Counted from the first letter of the whole stretch, positions 49,244 to 61,938 are shown. The stretch is DNA of 62,512 bases, filler included, from Hausera hauseri (GCA_046269625.1; 9 parts of 9 records of this genome joined end to end with filler, not necessarily neighbours in it); one strand, 5' to 3'. The notes: generated by a model from the sequence alone, not told the origin. Numbers and translations: made by a program.

Positions 49244-50670
49244 GACCCGATTGTTAGTAGGGAAATCCGGCAACGATACAATTAGAAATCAAGGTCAGGG
49301 TAAATGAAATGAATGTGTAAATAGATACAATTGTACATAGGTGTGCGTGTGAATAGGTACGGTATGTTGACTTCACATGTATAATGTACATAAGATTTGG
49401 GTTTATAATGTTAATTGTGTGTGTGTGTGTGATCAGGTTGACGAAAGGGGAGTGCGGTTGAATTATGTGTTATGTAATTGTGACGCAACCCCTGTGGACG
49501 TTCATGGAGGCAGATAGGGGGGAAAATGCATATGGGCATTTGCGTACATATGTTGTATATACATAATAGAAAATGATAGAAAAAAAATTATTATTGTGTA
49601 TTGATGACAAATCAATAAATTTGAAAATTTAAAAATTTGATTCTCTCTGATATCTGAATAAAGAAGCAAAATGAATTATATGTATAATCAGAATTGCAAG
49701 GCGTTTTTCTGGAATTTTCAATCAAAAGAAAGAAAATGTATAAAAGGCTTGTGGAAAATGAAAATAAATTTACATGGGATCAATTCCCAAATGAAGGAAA
49801 AGAAAATATTCTATTTAATACTAAGGAAATGGTTAATTTCGAGATTAATCCACCATTTTAATGAAGATGATAAATCACGGATCTTTTATACTGATGTTAA
49901 TAATGATTATTTGGAAGTTGTTGAGGAGTTAAATGATGTTGATGGACAGAATGATGTACTGTCTAAGACAAAAAGTGGATCCTATTGGAATATAAGTACT
50001 CTGACCGATTTATGGAATTTACATCATGGAGCTCTAACGCTATTTTTCGTTAACATTAATAGTGATGTTCAATTCATCTCTCTGAAATGTCTATACTATA
50101 TCCTTATCAAATTTGATAAAAATGATCCAATAAACACAACCGTCTTGAATCACACCCTGTGGAACTTTCGATGGATGACGTGGGTTTGGTGGAAAGAATT
50201 TCAGTTCATTGATTTCTCTACAAAAATGTATAATCATGTAGACATTGCTGACGACTGTAAAGGTGGATACGAGATGATAAATGGACTTGGAGGTATTATT
50301 TATTATATTGTTCATCATTGTTATTTATTGTCTTGTGCCTTGAATGTCGGTAGGAGTTGTGGACAGGGTGGGGAAGTATATATGTTTATGTCGATGATTG
50401 ATGGGTTTTGCACGGTTGTGATGGGATTTGAAATTGAGGTTAAGAAGGGGGTTAGGCATACTGGTCGGTCGGAATCGGGTGGGATACAACGTAAGATCGT
50501 AGACGAAAGACCATCGATCGGGGATTATAAGAGTAATGGGCCCGGCTTAATGGAATTCGTGTATGTTGGTGGAGTGATTGTAATTTTTACGTGTCTGGAT
50601 AAGAACTCCGGTTTAAATGGTAATATATGTTTCATTAACACGAATTCGATACATAAATGTAATAAAGATT

Positions 50671-50713
50671 TTCCATTTTATGGTAGCAGAGCGTGGTTAA
50701 TGCTCTGCACCAT
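50671..50713 (+). promoter_or_regulatory. LTR end and tRNA-iMet primer-binding site (50681-50698) with downstream complementary arm
   Basis: AATAAA at 50661, then TTCCA-TTTTA-TGGTAGCAGAGCGTGGTT; nearly identical to 45086-45128. Confidence 0.7.
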
Positions 50714-50832
50714 GTTGGGGTTCAGAATAACTNNNNNNNNNNNNNNNNNNNNNNNNNNNNNNNNNNNNNNNNNNNNTTAATTAATTAANNNNNNNNNNNN
50801 NNNNNNNNNNNNNNNNNNNNNNNNNNNNNNNN

Positions 50833-51440
50833 TTGTCATGTAGTATAATCGAAATATGACCATCTGCGTTTATTTCACATGTCTTTACGGCTAATGTAGC
50901 CGTTTTCTTAACGTATTCACACAATTTCAGTTCCGTTTCCATTAGTAAATCGTGTGGTATAAAATATGAGAGGAAGAATAATTCTGACTAAGTTTACTTT
51001 ACTATAATATCGGTTTCCGTAATGGATGAGAGGTCCAATTTTCACAAATTATGCATGTCCAACTAGCCGTATACATTTTACGTGTACCTTGACTAATTAA
51101 ATATCCATGCCTCAACATCAGCTATAGATTTAAACTGATAAACCAATAAATATTGTCGCGAATAATTGCGAATAGTATATCGGTTATTGTGTCGGGTTGT
51201 CCGAAAACGACTTGAAATTTGGTACGTTTCTTGTCGGTTAACGTAAATACTACTGTTCTGACGTATTGTCATTGGTAAAAATGTAAATGCGAATTCCGTT
51301 AAAGCCACTTCCCAGGCTTCCTGATGTAAATTGACCGGTTTATCCAAATGCATAGTAAACTCTTTAGCGGTATTTTCATTGTCGTCATGCTGTGATAATG
51401 ATCTGTTACTATCAAGTACAAAGTAAATGTTGCTGCTCAT
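50833..51440 (-). pseudogene. Polinton minor capsid (penton-like) protein, N-terminal part
   Basis: MSSNIYFVLDSNRS...ENTAKEFTMHLDKPVNL..WEVALTEF, the typical Polinton minor capsid N-terminus; the ATG overlaps the integrase stop (ATGA). Confidence 0.75.
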
Positions 51441-52463
51441 TGAATTTGTGATGCAAAAATCCAAATCTGTGCAGTGTATCTGTGCCACTTGACGAGATAT
51501 TGTTTATTCGAACCTTTGCCATGTGATCGTAGAATTTCCTAAATACGATATACATTGGGTTTCTTCGACAGTACCTGCAGTTCCTGATCACAGAATTCAC
51601 CGCTTATTTACTCACAGTTTTTTCCTCTAAAATGTACATAACCAGTGTTTGTTTTGTGTTGATTGCCGAAATGCAGAAAACCTTGTCACTCCAGCTTTGA
51701 TTGAAATTCTTAATGAATGGCGTCGTACTTATTTTAGAAATACGTACGTAAGGACCGATTTTATATTTTTGGCGTTTAATTGCCTGTCTTTATGTTCGAT
51801 TTTGATAAAGCCACATGTTCACATCATGGACTACGTCAACCGGTCTTAATCCATTGATGCCAGAATGTGTCGAATGGTTGTATGCATGAATAATATCCGG
51901 CAGTACAACTACCCAGCGTTTGTTGTCTTGCTTCGTAAAGAATTTGTTTAGGCAACCGCGCAATATTCAATTAAATGGTTCAACGAGTGCAGCCTTGTAT
52001 TAGGGAAACACCGTGTAGTGGTTTACGCCTAACATTTTCAAGACCGCTGCAACGTGGGCGTTGTAAAATTCCTTACCCAAATTCGTTTGTACATATTTCG
52101 GGGCTGTTGTTCAATTAAACTGTGAACTGCGTCAGAAATCTCTTTATCGGATTTGGATTTGACTGTAATTGCACGTGCAAAACGACTAAACACATCAATG
52201 CATGTCAGCACGCACCGATATCCATCGTTGATGCTGGCGTAAGGAATAATTTCCATCAAATTCATTTGCAATATATTATTTAAACCTGCAGCACCGTATG
52301 CACGAGTTAGAAACCGCCTTCTTATAGGTTTGTTTAGGCTGTGTGCTAACTGCTTCCCCAACCAACGTTGGGTTTGTCGCTGAGTCTGTTTCACAGTCTT
52401 TGCCAGTTTGTCGACACCAGTATACCCGACGGGATAATGTGGATCGAACCACACATCGCCCAT
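51437..52463 (-). pseudogene. int: Polinton retroviral-like integrase with C-terminal chromodomain
   Basis: WFDPHYPVGYTGVDKL, LTCIDVFSRFA, LGKEFYN, AALVE.FN, YVRISK..WSDKVF, QYLVKW. Confidence 0.88.
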
Positions 52464-52624
52464 CGTTGCCGCCAATGGTGTTGGTTTTGATTGCATTACA
52501 ACAACTAGAACGAAACGTAAATGAAAGATTGGATAAACTGGGATAAAATGATGAAAACCATGCACCATATCTCTAAATATTCATACACTTACCGTCATTG
52601 TTTATACTAAACTGTTCCACCAAT

Positions 52625-52933
52625 GAGTCAATCCAGTAATGACGTGGCAATCGGTAGAATTTCATCAAGGAATCTATCACCTTGCTTGTACATGACCTCT
52701 CGTTTCATCAGTCGTTTATTTCGAGCTTTGGCAAGGCCAATGAGTTGTTTTCAATACTTTAGTAAATTCCGCTTTCCACTACCAATGTCAACGTGACCCA
52801 CAACGATATTGTATAAAATTTCCACCAAATCGTCCACAACAAATTGCGGGAATGATCTCAGTATGTTTTGCTTATGTCTCGTAGGTGCCTTGAACAAAGC
52901 GATAAAGTACGGCTGACTACGTTTGAATTGCAT
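52625..52933 (-). pseudogene. Small basic conserved Polinton protein
   Basis: KQNILRS..DLVEILYNIVVGHVDI...KQGDRFLDEILP resembles the small Polinton protein ending Q.GGFL..LLP. Confidence 0.5.
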
Positions 52934-53134
52934 TTTGAACGTAATGATGCTGAGACATAGTTGTTTATAACCGTTGCAACTGTAACGGTAATTTGCATCT
53001 AGTTGCTGCTGCTGTTGTTCAAAGCACAGAATTGATTAATCGCTTGAGTGTAGCGGTTCGTTTTGATACGCTTTTTTTGCCGGACACCCGCTTGGCAGGT
53101 TTACTTTTAACAATTGTTTTTCGGAAATTCTTCT

Positions 53135-53780
53135 TTTTATCACAATCAAGTCGTCAATTTTCGAATTTGTTTATAGACATGTACACCTTTCGGATTGAAA
53201 ATATCTGTTCGTACACGCATCTCATTGGGACACTGTAGTGTAAAATCAATAAACAGAATTCCATACGGTTTGTTTGTAGCATCATGATATGTATCTATCA
53301 AGTAGGCTGGGTTGTGACAAAAGCTTGTCGTGCAATATCATTAATGATAGTCCGATCACGAGAATATTCAAACAACACCAAATAGTGTACGTTGAGATTT
53401 CTTGTTCGATGCTGTCCTCCCTGATGGAACATGTTTTGCGTAATGAAAATAACCGTTACGCCACGGTGTCGTGCAATCTTCGTGAACAGGTTGTTGCAGT
53501 CCGATTGTTTCGTGGCTTCCTGAAATAAATCGTCGATGACAATAGCATCACCATTGCGTAATCTCTCAGACCCGTATTGATCAAACCCATAAATTACCGT
53601 TATCGATTTTAATTTACCGAACTCATCATCATCACCAACACCCTGATGCCAGTAAATATGATTGTACCGCGGTGAGTGGAACATGTCACGGTAGTTCTGC
53701 AATAGTTTACACAAAACGTGTGTTTTGGCACTTCCACTGGGGCCTACAATGTGGAAAATTGCATCATTCAGCAGCTTTAT
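53135..53780 (-). pseudogene. A32/FtsK-like genome packaging ATPase
   Basis: Walker A IVGPSGSAKT, Walker B IVIDDL, ARHRGVTVIFITQN, KPYGILFID. Confidence 0.9.
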
Positions 53781-53878
53781 CTAATAATAGTAATAAAAAT
53801 ACAACCTTTCTTCACATGATTTGTTTATAATCATGTTACACGAATATAAATAGCTATATTATAAACACTTTTTCCGTA

Positions 53879-54340
53879 ATGTTACCCAATATCAACTATC
53901 GCGGACATGTTGCCGAGTGTGACATTAACAAACTACCTTTAAATCAATGGAAGCCGAGACAGTATGTCCTCAAGTGTCCGCCGGATTTTACATGCATTGT
54001 ATTTCAATTGGGAAAGTGTCGTATTATGGCATGCCGCAAAGCAATCAAATCTGATAAACTACTACCATTTGTAATTGTCATTGACCAAATCCAATCAATA
54101 ACGGTAATGACTAATTTAGACTGTCCATCAGTGAACCTGTACAAGTTAGCAATGGCCACTGAATGTACGTATGAACCCGAACTGTTTCCTGCACTGAGAC
54201 TGACACTGTTTCGCACACTTGGTGTCAATGTGTTTAGTAGTGGAAAAATTGTTGTACTCGGTATTCGGGCAGTGGATTATGAACCTATTATTAATCAAAT
54301 TAAAAACCACACAAATGTTTTAGTGAATCAAACTAATGTA
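53879..54340 (+). CDS. TBP: TATA-box-binding protein-like (two TBP repeats, core only); the ORF reads on to 54478
   Basis: Repeat 1 PNINYRG...TCIVFQLGKCRIMAC; repeat 2 IQSITV...VNLYKLA...YEPELFPALRL...VNVFSSGKIVVLGIR. Confidence 0.85.
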
Positions 54341-54397
54341 CTCTGCACAACAACAAACTATAAATACCATTCCCATGCTCATTCAGACATTACTGCC

Positions 54398-55087
54398 ATG
54401 GAAGACGACGATAAAACGATTCTACTCAATGATGATGATGGTGTTTGTGAGAATGATGAAAGTTCAGATTGGACGTGATTGTTTGACTACAAAAAGGACA
54501 ATTATAATGCCAAATATCTGGAAACGAAAACAGAACCTGCCCAACAATTAGAAAAACCGTGTGATAATTCTAATGGCGATTGCTTGGAAACGAAAAAGAA
54601 CTTTCTTAGAAATCATCAGCAAAACCGACGTTAAAAAGACAAATGGCAATGGTTGGAATACGTAAAGGAAAATCAAAACCGTCGCCCCAAACACAGACAT
54701 TTTTACCGAAACGAATTTTTTGCAAATATGAAACGCATTTTCTGCAAACGCCGGTAGTGATTTCATTGAATGATCCCGTGTCTCTATCCGCACCCAAGTA
54801 CAGCTATCGTGTAAAATGGCTTTCGGTTGAAACTGGATAAACTTTTTGATGCTCTACATCAATTAAACATGGATTTAAAGTTAAATGAAATGACCGTGCA
54901 ACAGCAATCTGTAGTTCTACCGGCTCAGAAAACTAAATTGTTTGATTTTATCGGTCGCGAAATTTCTAATGTACGCGATGATGATTTAAAGTGTCAACTG
55001 AACACTGAACTTCAGGGATATAAGGAAAAAGCCGGTATCAAATGCCCGATTTGGCGTGTAGCTGAAGCACATTTTAAATATCAATAA
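54398..55087 (+). pseudogene. Unknown Polinton ORF with acidic N-terminus, decayed
   Basis: TATAAATA at 54359 upstream of ATG 54398; broken ORF chain ending at a TAA that overlaps AATAAA. Confidence 0.4.
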
Positions 55088-55191
55088 ATATTGTTGTTGT
55101 TGGTTTGTTTTACCGCTGTTCTTCTTTCGTTAACTTAATGAACGAGTATAAATATACGTGTACTTTTAATATTGGTATAGGAATAAGAATA

Positions 55192-55662
55192 ATGATAATG
55201 AATAATGTAAAGATTATCTTAACAGACGAAAATGTCTTTGTACCGAGACGTGTTACATCAAACAGTGTAGGCTACGATTTGTTTTCCAATGTCAATACAA
55301 CAATTTTGGACAGCACAATCAAATGCATAATTGGGATTCGATTGGCGATTCCACCCGGTTACTACGGCCAACTTTTATTGAAAAGCGGACTGGAAAAGCT
55401 GGAACTGAAGGTTGTGGGCGGCGTCATTGATTCAAACTTTTGCGGTGAAATTAAACTGTTGCTGGAAAACCAATCCGGACTATTGTATAATATTGCAAAA
55501 CGCAATGCAATCGCACAAATCGTATTTCTTCGATTTAAAGAGGCGCAATTCAGCGTAATATAATCGGAACAATGGGGATTGTTTTGTGTCAATGAAGCAA
55601 CAACATGATATGAACGCAAAGAATTTGGCTTTGGTGATATGGGCAAAACCACCTATGTTTAA
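55192..55662 (+). pseudogene. dut: Trimeric dUTPase
   Basis: SVGYDL, GIRLAIPPGYYGQL..KSGL, GGVIDSNFCGEI, IAQIV, ERKEFGFG; premature stops before motif V. Confidence 0.92.
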
Positions 55663-55741
55663 TGATTGTGATGATAATAATAAAAAGAGTTAGTTGTTTT
55701 ATTTGTGTTATAAACAAAAATTATTTTGTACATGATAAGTA

Positions 55742-56229
55742 ATAGAGACAAGATTTATAGATATTGAAGCTTTCCAAGATAATAATGCCCGGCACATAAT
55801 AAAGGAATTGTGCATTATTGACTTCGGTAGATTTTCAAACGGCTTGGGTGAGTATTCAAGCCCGGTTTTATGTGGAATGACCTGAAAAAAAAGGCGAATC
55901 TTACAAACGGATTTCTCTTTCGACATCGTCACGGAGTTCATTGGTATGAAGGCAATTCAGTTTTGTGTGTGACGTGTATTATGGAAGAGATTTGTAATCG
56001 TTCTGACATTGAAAATACAATGTTTTATATTAAAGGTCAAATTGATGGACAAAAGTTTACACAACTCCATTCACACTTTCCTGAGTTGCGAATGACGACA
56101 TATTTAACATCGAATAGCTTGCAGGCAATGGTATTTGACAATATTAGATGTCCGTATCGTGACCATGGACTGCATTGTGCTTACAAAAAATGTTTACGGC
56201 TTTGCATTGACTATATTTCATGCAAATGA
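55742..56229 (+). pseudogene. DEDD/DnaQ-like nuclease of the type found in large DNA viruses and Polintons
   Basis: FIDIEAFQ..IIKELCIID, HGVHWYEG, FYIKG, C-terminal CPYRDHGLHCA. Confidence 0.6.
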
Positions 56230-56338
56230 ATAAATGTATTTCTCTGTTTCTTTCTTTCAGCAAATAAATCCGTGACATGTTTATCCGTATTGGTCAGTTG
56301 AATAGTTCAAAAACTATAAATACGAGTAGGTTATAATA

Positions 56339-56808
56339 ATGATTGAAATAGTTGGTCAATTGAAGAAATTGCAAAATTTTAATGGATTAGAAATTTCGAA
56401 CTTGGTACAATGGTGGCGAGTACTGGACTGTGGTTTGGTTGCGAGAGCAGCAGGTGATTTTGGATTTAAAGAAGATTTATCTTCAATGGTATTGATGACA
56501 ACAACAGATTGCAGCTCTATAGAAAATCTAATTATTGTGTTAAATTAAATGAACATTCACCGATTGTATGTTACAAATACTTTAATACTGTTGAAAAAGT
56601 ACGTGGCGAATTAAAGAACTCGAAGGAGAAAATAATAAACAAAGTACGAGACTGTAAGTTTATGTATGTACTATGTAAACAAAGAAAAGTAGATACGGTA
56701 TTCCTAATGTGCGGCCGTCTCTTTATTTGCCAAATGTGTTCCAAAGTAACCGAATGTCAAGAATGTAAATGTGCTATAGTGGAAATTGTACACATTTATA
56801 ACGAATGA
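56339..56808 (+). pseudogene. IAP-type C-terminal RING finger protein
   Basis: VLCKQRKVDTVFLMCGRLFICQMCSKVTECQECKCAIVEIVHIY at the extreme C-terminus; some zinc ligands mutated. Confidence 0.7.
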
Positions 56809-57122
56809 CTGTTAACAGAACGAAACAGTGTCATGGGTTAAAATGACGTGGGGATAATTTGTATCAATGTGATATGAGTCAATACTAACAATGTAAATAT
56901 CTATTGTTTACAATGAAAACAAACCTGTATGAACAAAGTTGATATAAATTTGGATGATATTTCATTTTACGTTTGTCATCTTTAAACAATGTCTTTGTAA
57001 AACAATTCAGTAGGTGACAGTTCTGCGAGTCTCTCAAAAAACCACGGTAAAGCGATTATTCGCTCAGAAATTCCCCATTGTATAATGGATAAAATTTACA
57101 TTACCTATGAAACACTATTCAA

Positions 57123-57480
57123 ATGTCATTGACGCAAACAGTTAAAATCAAACCGGTGAAATATGGTCTATTGGTTAAAAAGATCAGCGACGATGATTTG
57201 GATACAATGGAATACACAGTTAGAAAAATTGACAGTGATTTGGTGTTGAGTAACGATATCCGATATACATCGTCTATTTTTCTCAAAGGAAATATGGCGA
57301 AAATTGTCCGTTCACATGGCGGGAAACAGAAGCAGCAATTTTGCCACCGAAAGGAGCTAAAGGCCATCTAACATTGAAGTTGAAAGGATAAGTGGATCTA
57401 CATGGCGTTAAATCACCAATATGGAAACTGGGAAATTTTATGCTGATTTGACTTATTTTGTTTTTGATTGTAGCTTATGA
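57123..57480 (+). pseudogene. Unknown Polinton ORF
   Basis: 82-aa ORF with a probable frameshifted continuation, convergent with pPolB, AATAAA downstream. Confidence 0.35.
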
Positions 57481-57643
57481 TTAATAAATTTAGGTAAATT
57501 AAATGATAATAAAACAAAAGGCAAAAACAACAAACAATATACATAATTTATACAAAACAAACAGATCACAATGAATTTTCATAGTAAATGGGTCACTTTG
57601 ATCTGTCTGTATCATCAAAACTGAATTCATGCGTGTGCTTATT

Positions 57644-60600
57644 TTATTCCAAACGTCTATGTCCATACGCTCAACTTTTATTTCGTCCCACCCACTTGCA
57701 CTTATCATCACTGCACGATAAAGCGACTTTGCATTGGTCACAGTATACAGATGGTGCTCAATTGATCAGATGATCGTTTGAGACACAACAATCTGTTTGT
57801 CCTCCATCTCCTTATTCATAGATACATCGATAACCACCGTGGTTTATTTTCGTCTGGGCCAACTGAACTCCTTTGGCGCGATTTTTGGTCCAGAGTCAGT
57901 TAACAAGTTATAACATTTTGGCCATAGAAATATTCATTTCCCATAATGAGCGTGACCTTCACTTTCATCCTTGAAGCAGCCAATTTTGTTTGTAATGGCG
58001 TTGCTATACAATGGATGAATCTGTGGATAATTTGACGTGTCCGGTAATCCGTGTGCCATCATTTGCCGTAGAAGTTGTTCGCGATTGATGTTTTTTAGTT
58101 CCAAGAAAAAACTACCTGTGTCACCGGCTATTATATTGATCCTGTATCCGTCGCCGCCAAACATTTGCTAGTATCGTGCCAAATCGCAATACTGCAACTT
58201 ATATATCCGCAACTTGCTCAGATCCCAAACCACTTGTTCTATATAACTTGGCCGGTCCAGTACGACTTCTTCCCTGTTTAAAGGTACGACATCCAATCCA
58301 TTGGCAATGTGCATTGACCGCCTGAATTGCGCCTTGCTGGTGTACGTGACGTACCGCTTTTTGCTATTGAACAGGCGTACATTGAACCGCTTTTTCCCTA
58401 GAGAGAATTGTTTTTCAGTTTGTAATAGTCTTTGTCAAACTTCGTACAAGCTGCAGCTCGTTTTTCAGAATTTAGATTGATATATGGCTTGAATATAGAA
58501 GCCTGTGCGAATCGGATTGCGCGATGCAGGTTTGTGACGCGTGCACCTAACTGCATGTAAAATTGCAACAGACGCCAATGAACTATGTAGTTTTGTTTAG
58601 GTTAATGCGTCATAAGCAGCTTTTGCACCTTCGAGCCCGGTGGGCATTGGCTGATGGGTGCAACTGGCAGTTCATCACAAAAGTCATGCAGCTCATCTGT
58701 TACCACGACGGCGACTTTTATCAGGTATACGATTGAGCTGTTTTCTGCCGTGTCTGCTCTCAGCAGATTTCCCAGTATTGTTTCCAGGCCCTGTTTGTCG
58801 ACTGTCCATTCGAATGAATCTTACGTCAAGGGTTGCGAAAGCGTCCAGCCGTGCAGGTTATTAATGTCGATATACAACAGTGATATGATATTATCACTGG
58901 TTTCGTAATGCTTGTTGACGAATGTCATGCCGCTACGAATACAAACATCAAATATTCGGTACATTTTCAGGTCTTGCGATAGCTTCATATCCCGACCCAA
59001 TGACATCCGAGCTGTTGCCAAACTCACTCCAGATATAGAGTAAAAATTAAGTGGCTCCAGCCTATCTTCTACCAACGCTTTAGTTTGAAATGTCTGAAAC
59101 ACATCGGCTAAAAGGAACACATCCAATTTCATATAGTGAAGCATGTACTGCAACAGGTTTCTGCAGTCAAGCTCTGTCCAAAACGACTGTGCTTTGTGAT
59201 ATTCTTCTTCTCTGATACCGCGCCATTGCGGTGGTAATTCGTCTGTCATCTGAAGCCGGGCGTACCATATCTCAAAATCATACGGGAATATGCCTTTGCT
59301 ACATGAAATATGTCTGGGGAACTGAGTCAATGTTACCGGCATATCTGGCAAGGCATTTACAAACTTTGCCAGAGATTCATTAAGAAATTTCAATTAATCG
59401 AGGAAGCGTACTTGGAAGCGGTTTATACAAGCAGATAGTGTCAGGTATTCCTCCATCGTAGTCGGAATTACGAATAGTTCCCAGTGCGAAAATCCGTTTA
59501 TTGCTTATTTCAAAATATGGTGGCAATCATAACTCCTGAAGTTATGAAAGATCACCGGTAGGAATGGCCGCACACGTCTTGCCAAATTGCATAAATTATA
59601 TGCGGCTCCGAGATATCGACCGATAAAATGATTGTGATCCTGTGCGAGGCGTTCCTGTGCATCGAATGGTAATAATTCGTTGCACAGGTAACAGTCATCT
59701 TTGACTGTAAACGTCAAGCTTTCATCTTTATCTGTCCAGATCAGAGATTTTGTGCTATTATCGCAATATCACAGTGCGATTTCAGTTTCCACTATGGTTT
59801 GATACTGCTGCAAGAAATCGCGTACACAATTCTATCCGTGGAAAACACAATATTGAGGTTGACCTGCGGCTTTTATAGGGACAACCAACAAACCGACGGC
59901 GATTGGAACATGTTTGTGGTCATATATGTTTTGCCTTGGTAAGATAGCTTGGATATCGGCAAATACTACATATGAAAAACTGTCAGATTTTGTCCAATCA
60001 ATGAAGTTGAGTTCCTTTTTGACGGGCATGATATACATTGTTGTTCCTGACGAATTTTGTCTGCACAGAGTCACATGATTCTCCCATGTTGTTTCTGATC
60101 TAAATCCATGCAGACATACGGGACACCATTTACATGGTATCCGTTTTTTGAAGAAGTAGTCATGTTCCATGTTCAGAAATGTGTTCAGATTTGTCACTGC
60201 AACTTACTGGTACTTTTCCTTTTATTCGAATTGCAACAAATTAATTGGGCAGCCATTTGGGTTCCGACTACGATACATTATATCCGCATGAGGATTCTTA
60301 AAGATTTCTTCATTCATCGGTATTTCAACTATTGAGTTGTACCGGAAAACGTTGATTTCTAGTGTCAAATTATGCCGTTCGAAGGCCGGTATGGCTTTTA
60401 GTTTCATCGGCATCCAGCTTTCATGGAAATCAAATTCGGAAAAATACTGCCGATACTGATTTGGACGATTAGAGTGTTTTCTGACCACTTTGTCGGGTTT
60501 TAATACCGCCAGAATGCTCCAAAGAAAACAGTATACATTGTTAGTATTTTTTACATTCACTACCACCAGAGATTGCTGCAGGTCTCAGAATGAATGATCG

Positions 60601-61126
60601 CCCGGACAAATATATTATGTCACTCGACTTTGTTATGATAAAGCCGAGGGTGACAATTTTTATAATTCACCATCCACTATATTTTCCGTGTAGTTGGCGA
60701 TTTTCTCCTAAAGTTTTTGCTTACTTTGGTAATAAAATCGTTGGTATACGGTTAGGCTCGATGTGACAGGGACCATTGTTTCCTGTCACCTTTCAAATTT
60801 TCAAAATCTGCAGTTGCATAATACTGCACATTGCAGTTGTGTTGGAATTTCTCCACTTTCGATTCCAACGGGTTCCGCACATTTTGCGGAACATGTCTCA
60901 ATTGCGTTGTTGTTGTTGTTCTTGTTGTTTTCGCCGACATGTTCACCTTTATGTCCACATGCGATCTGTTCAAATCATACTTGACTGTAATATTGGGAAT
61001 ATTGGCTGTCTATTGCTCCTGTTGTTATTGTTGTTATTGTTATTAATGCTGTACCTGCTGCTCCAGTTGCTGCTGCTCGGTACTGTTTCTGATTAAGTCG
61101 TTCAGACTTGTTAAGGCCTGACGTAT
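57644..61126 (-). pseudogene. pPolB: Polinton pPolB, copy 2, with N-terminal poly-Q, vOTU-like region, C2H2 finger and endonuclease VII-like insert
   Basis: VVNVKNTNNVYCFLWSILA; CPVC..WENHVTLC; CYLC..DHNHFIGRYLGAA..CNL; IFHNFRSYD; KGIFPYD; YIDINNL; AGDTGSF; GCFKDE; ALSCSDDK..AYGH. Confidence 0.93.
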
Positions 61127-61134
61127 CCTACTGG

Positions 61135-61600
61135 TTATTGAGGGTATGCTACTGCTGCTGATTTTAGTTGAGCCTATAATTAGTTGTATTTTTGACCGCT
61201 TAAACTGGTTTAACTGGTCCTTTTAAAAATTATAAAATTGTTTATAGTTAATTTCAACAACTATTGAACAAGAACCGGACAAACGCAGGCTCGTTTATTG
61301 TGCAACGCTGTGGTGCCATGGTAATGATCCATTGTACTATGACAACCACTAAAGTTGGACACTTTATTATTTCAGTACTGTGGGTATGTGGTGCAATGCT
61401 CTACCATCATTTTCTTAGACCTAGTAAACAGACCAAGATGATGCTTGTGCATTTCATAAAAATTTGAGTACGGATAATGGGTTGGAATATTACACTCTGA
61501 ACACAAATACATGTCATTTTCTCCAGCTCTGTAATATTTCTTCATCTGTTGATGATACTGATCCACCTCAAGTATGCGCGAGACACATTACATGGGATGT
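61135..61600 (-). pseudogene. Polinton tandem zinc-finger protein, copy 2
   Basis: CSEC-x13-HKHH plus a second degenerate repeat; homologous to 13624-14053. Confidence 0.55.
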
Positions 61601-61743
61601 TTGGAACATTTCTATATGCAAATAAATTAAATAACATTGAAATGGATTAAAATTTTAAATAAAATAAACTCTATGTGAAAAATTTCCTTACTCGGTTATA
61701 AACATTTATTTCGCACACTATTACTACTACTACAATAGATAAA

Positions 61744-61938
61744 ATGGAACAGAACATTGAAAGTGAGATTCAGAAATTTACTGATGACACAATGACTGGA
61801 CATGTGTTTGATGTACAGTTTTTATGTGAACTCGCAGAAACACGAATAATGAGCACGCGAGAATATATTGAGTTAATAGTCAGATCTCTCTTTGTAAAAC
61901 GTATCGAGGATAAAGTGAAACGAAAACGGCAACAATGA
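61744..61938 (+). CDS. Small 64-aa Polinton ORF divergent from pPolB
   Basis: TATAAAC at 61697, AATAAA downstream; start MEQNIESEI is conserved as MEQYIEIEI at 14246 in the other copy. Confidence 0.55.
   Translation: MEQNIESEIQKFTDDTMTGHVFDVQFLCELAETRIMSTREYIELIVRSLFVKRIEDKVKRKRQQ

Noticed and set aside
10880-50832. Regularly recurring TTAATTAATTAA palindrome as a biological repeat or CRISPR-like array
   Set aside because: Always centred in identical N runs; it is an artificial six-frame-stop linker
54340-54478. Acidic C-terminal tail on the TBP
   Set aside because: More likely read-through into the next gene, which has its own TATAAATA (54359) and ATG (54398)
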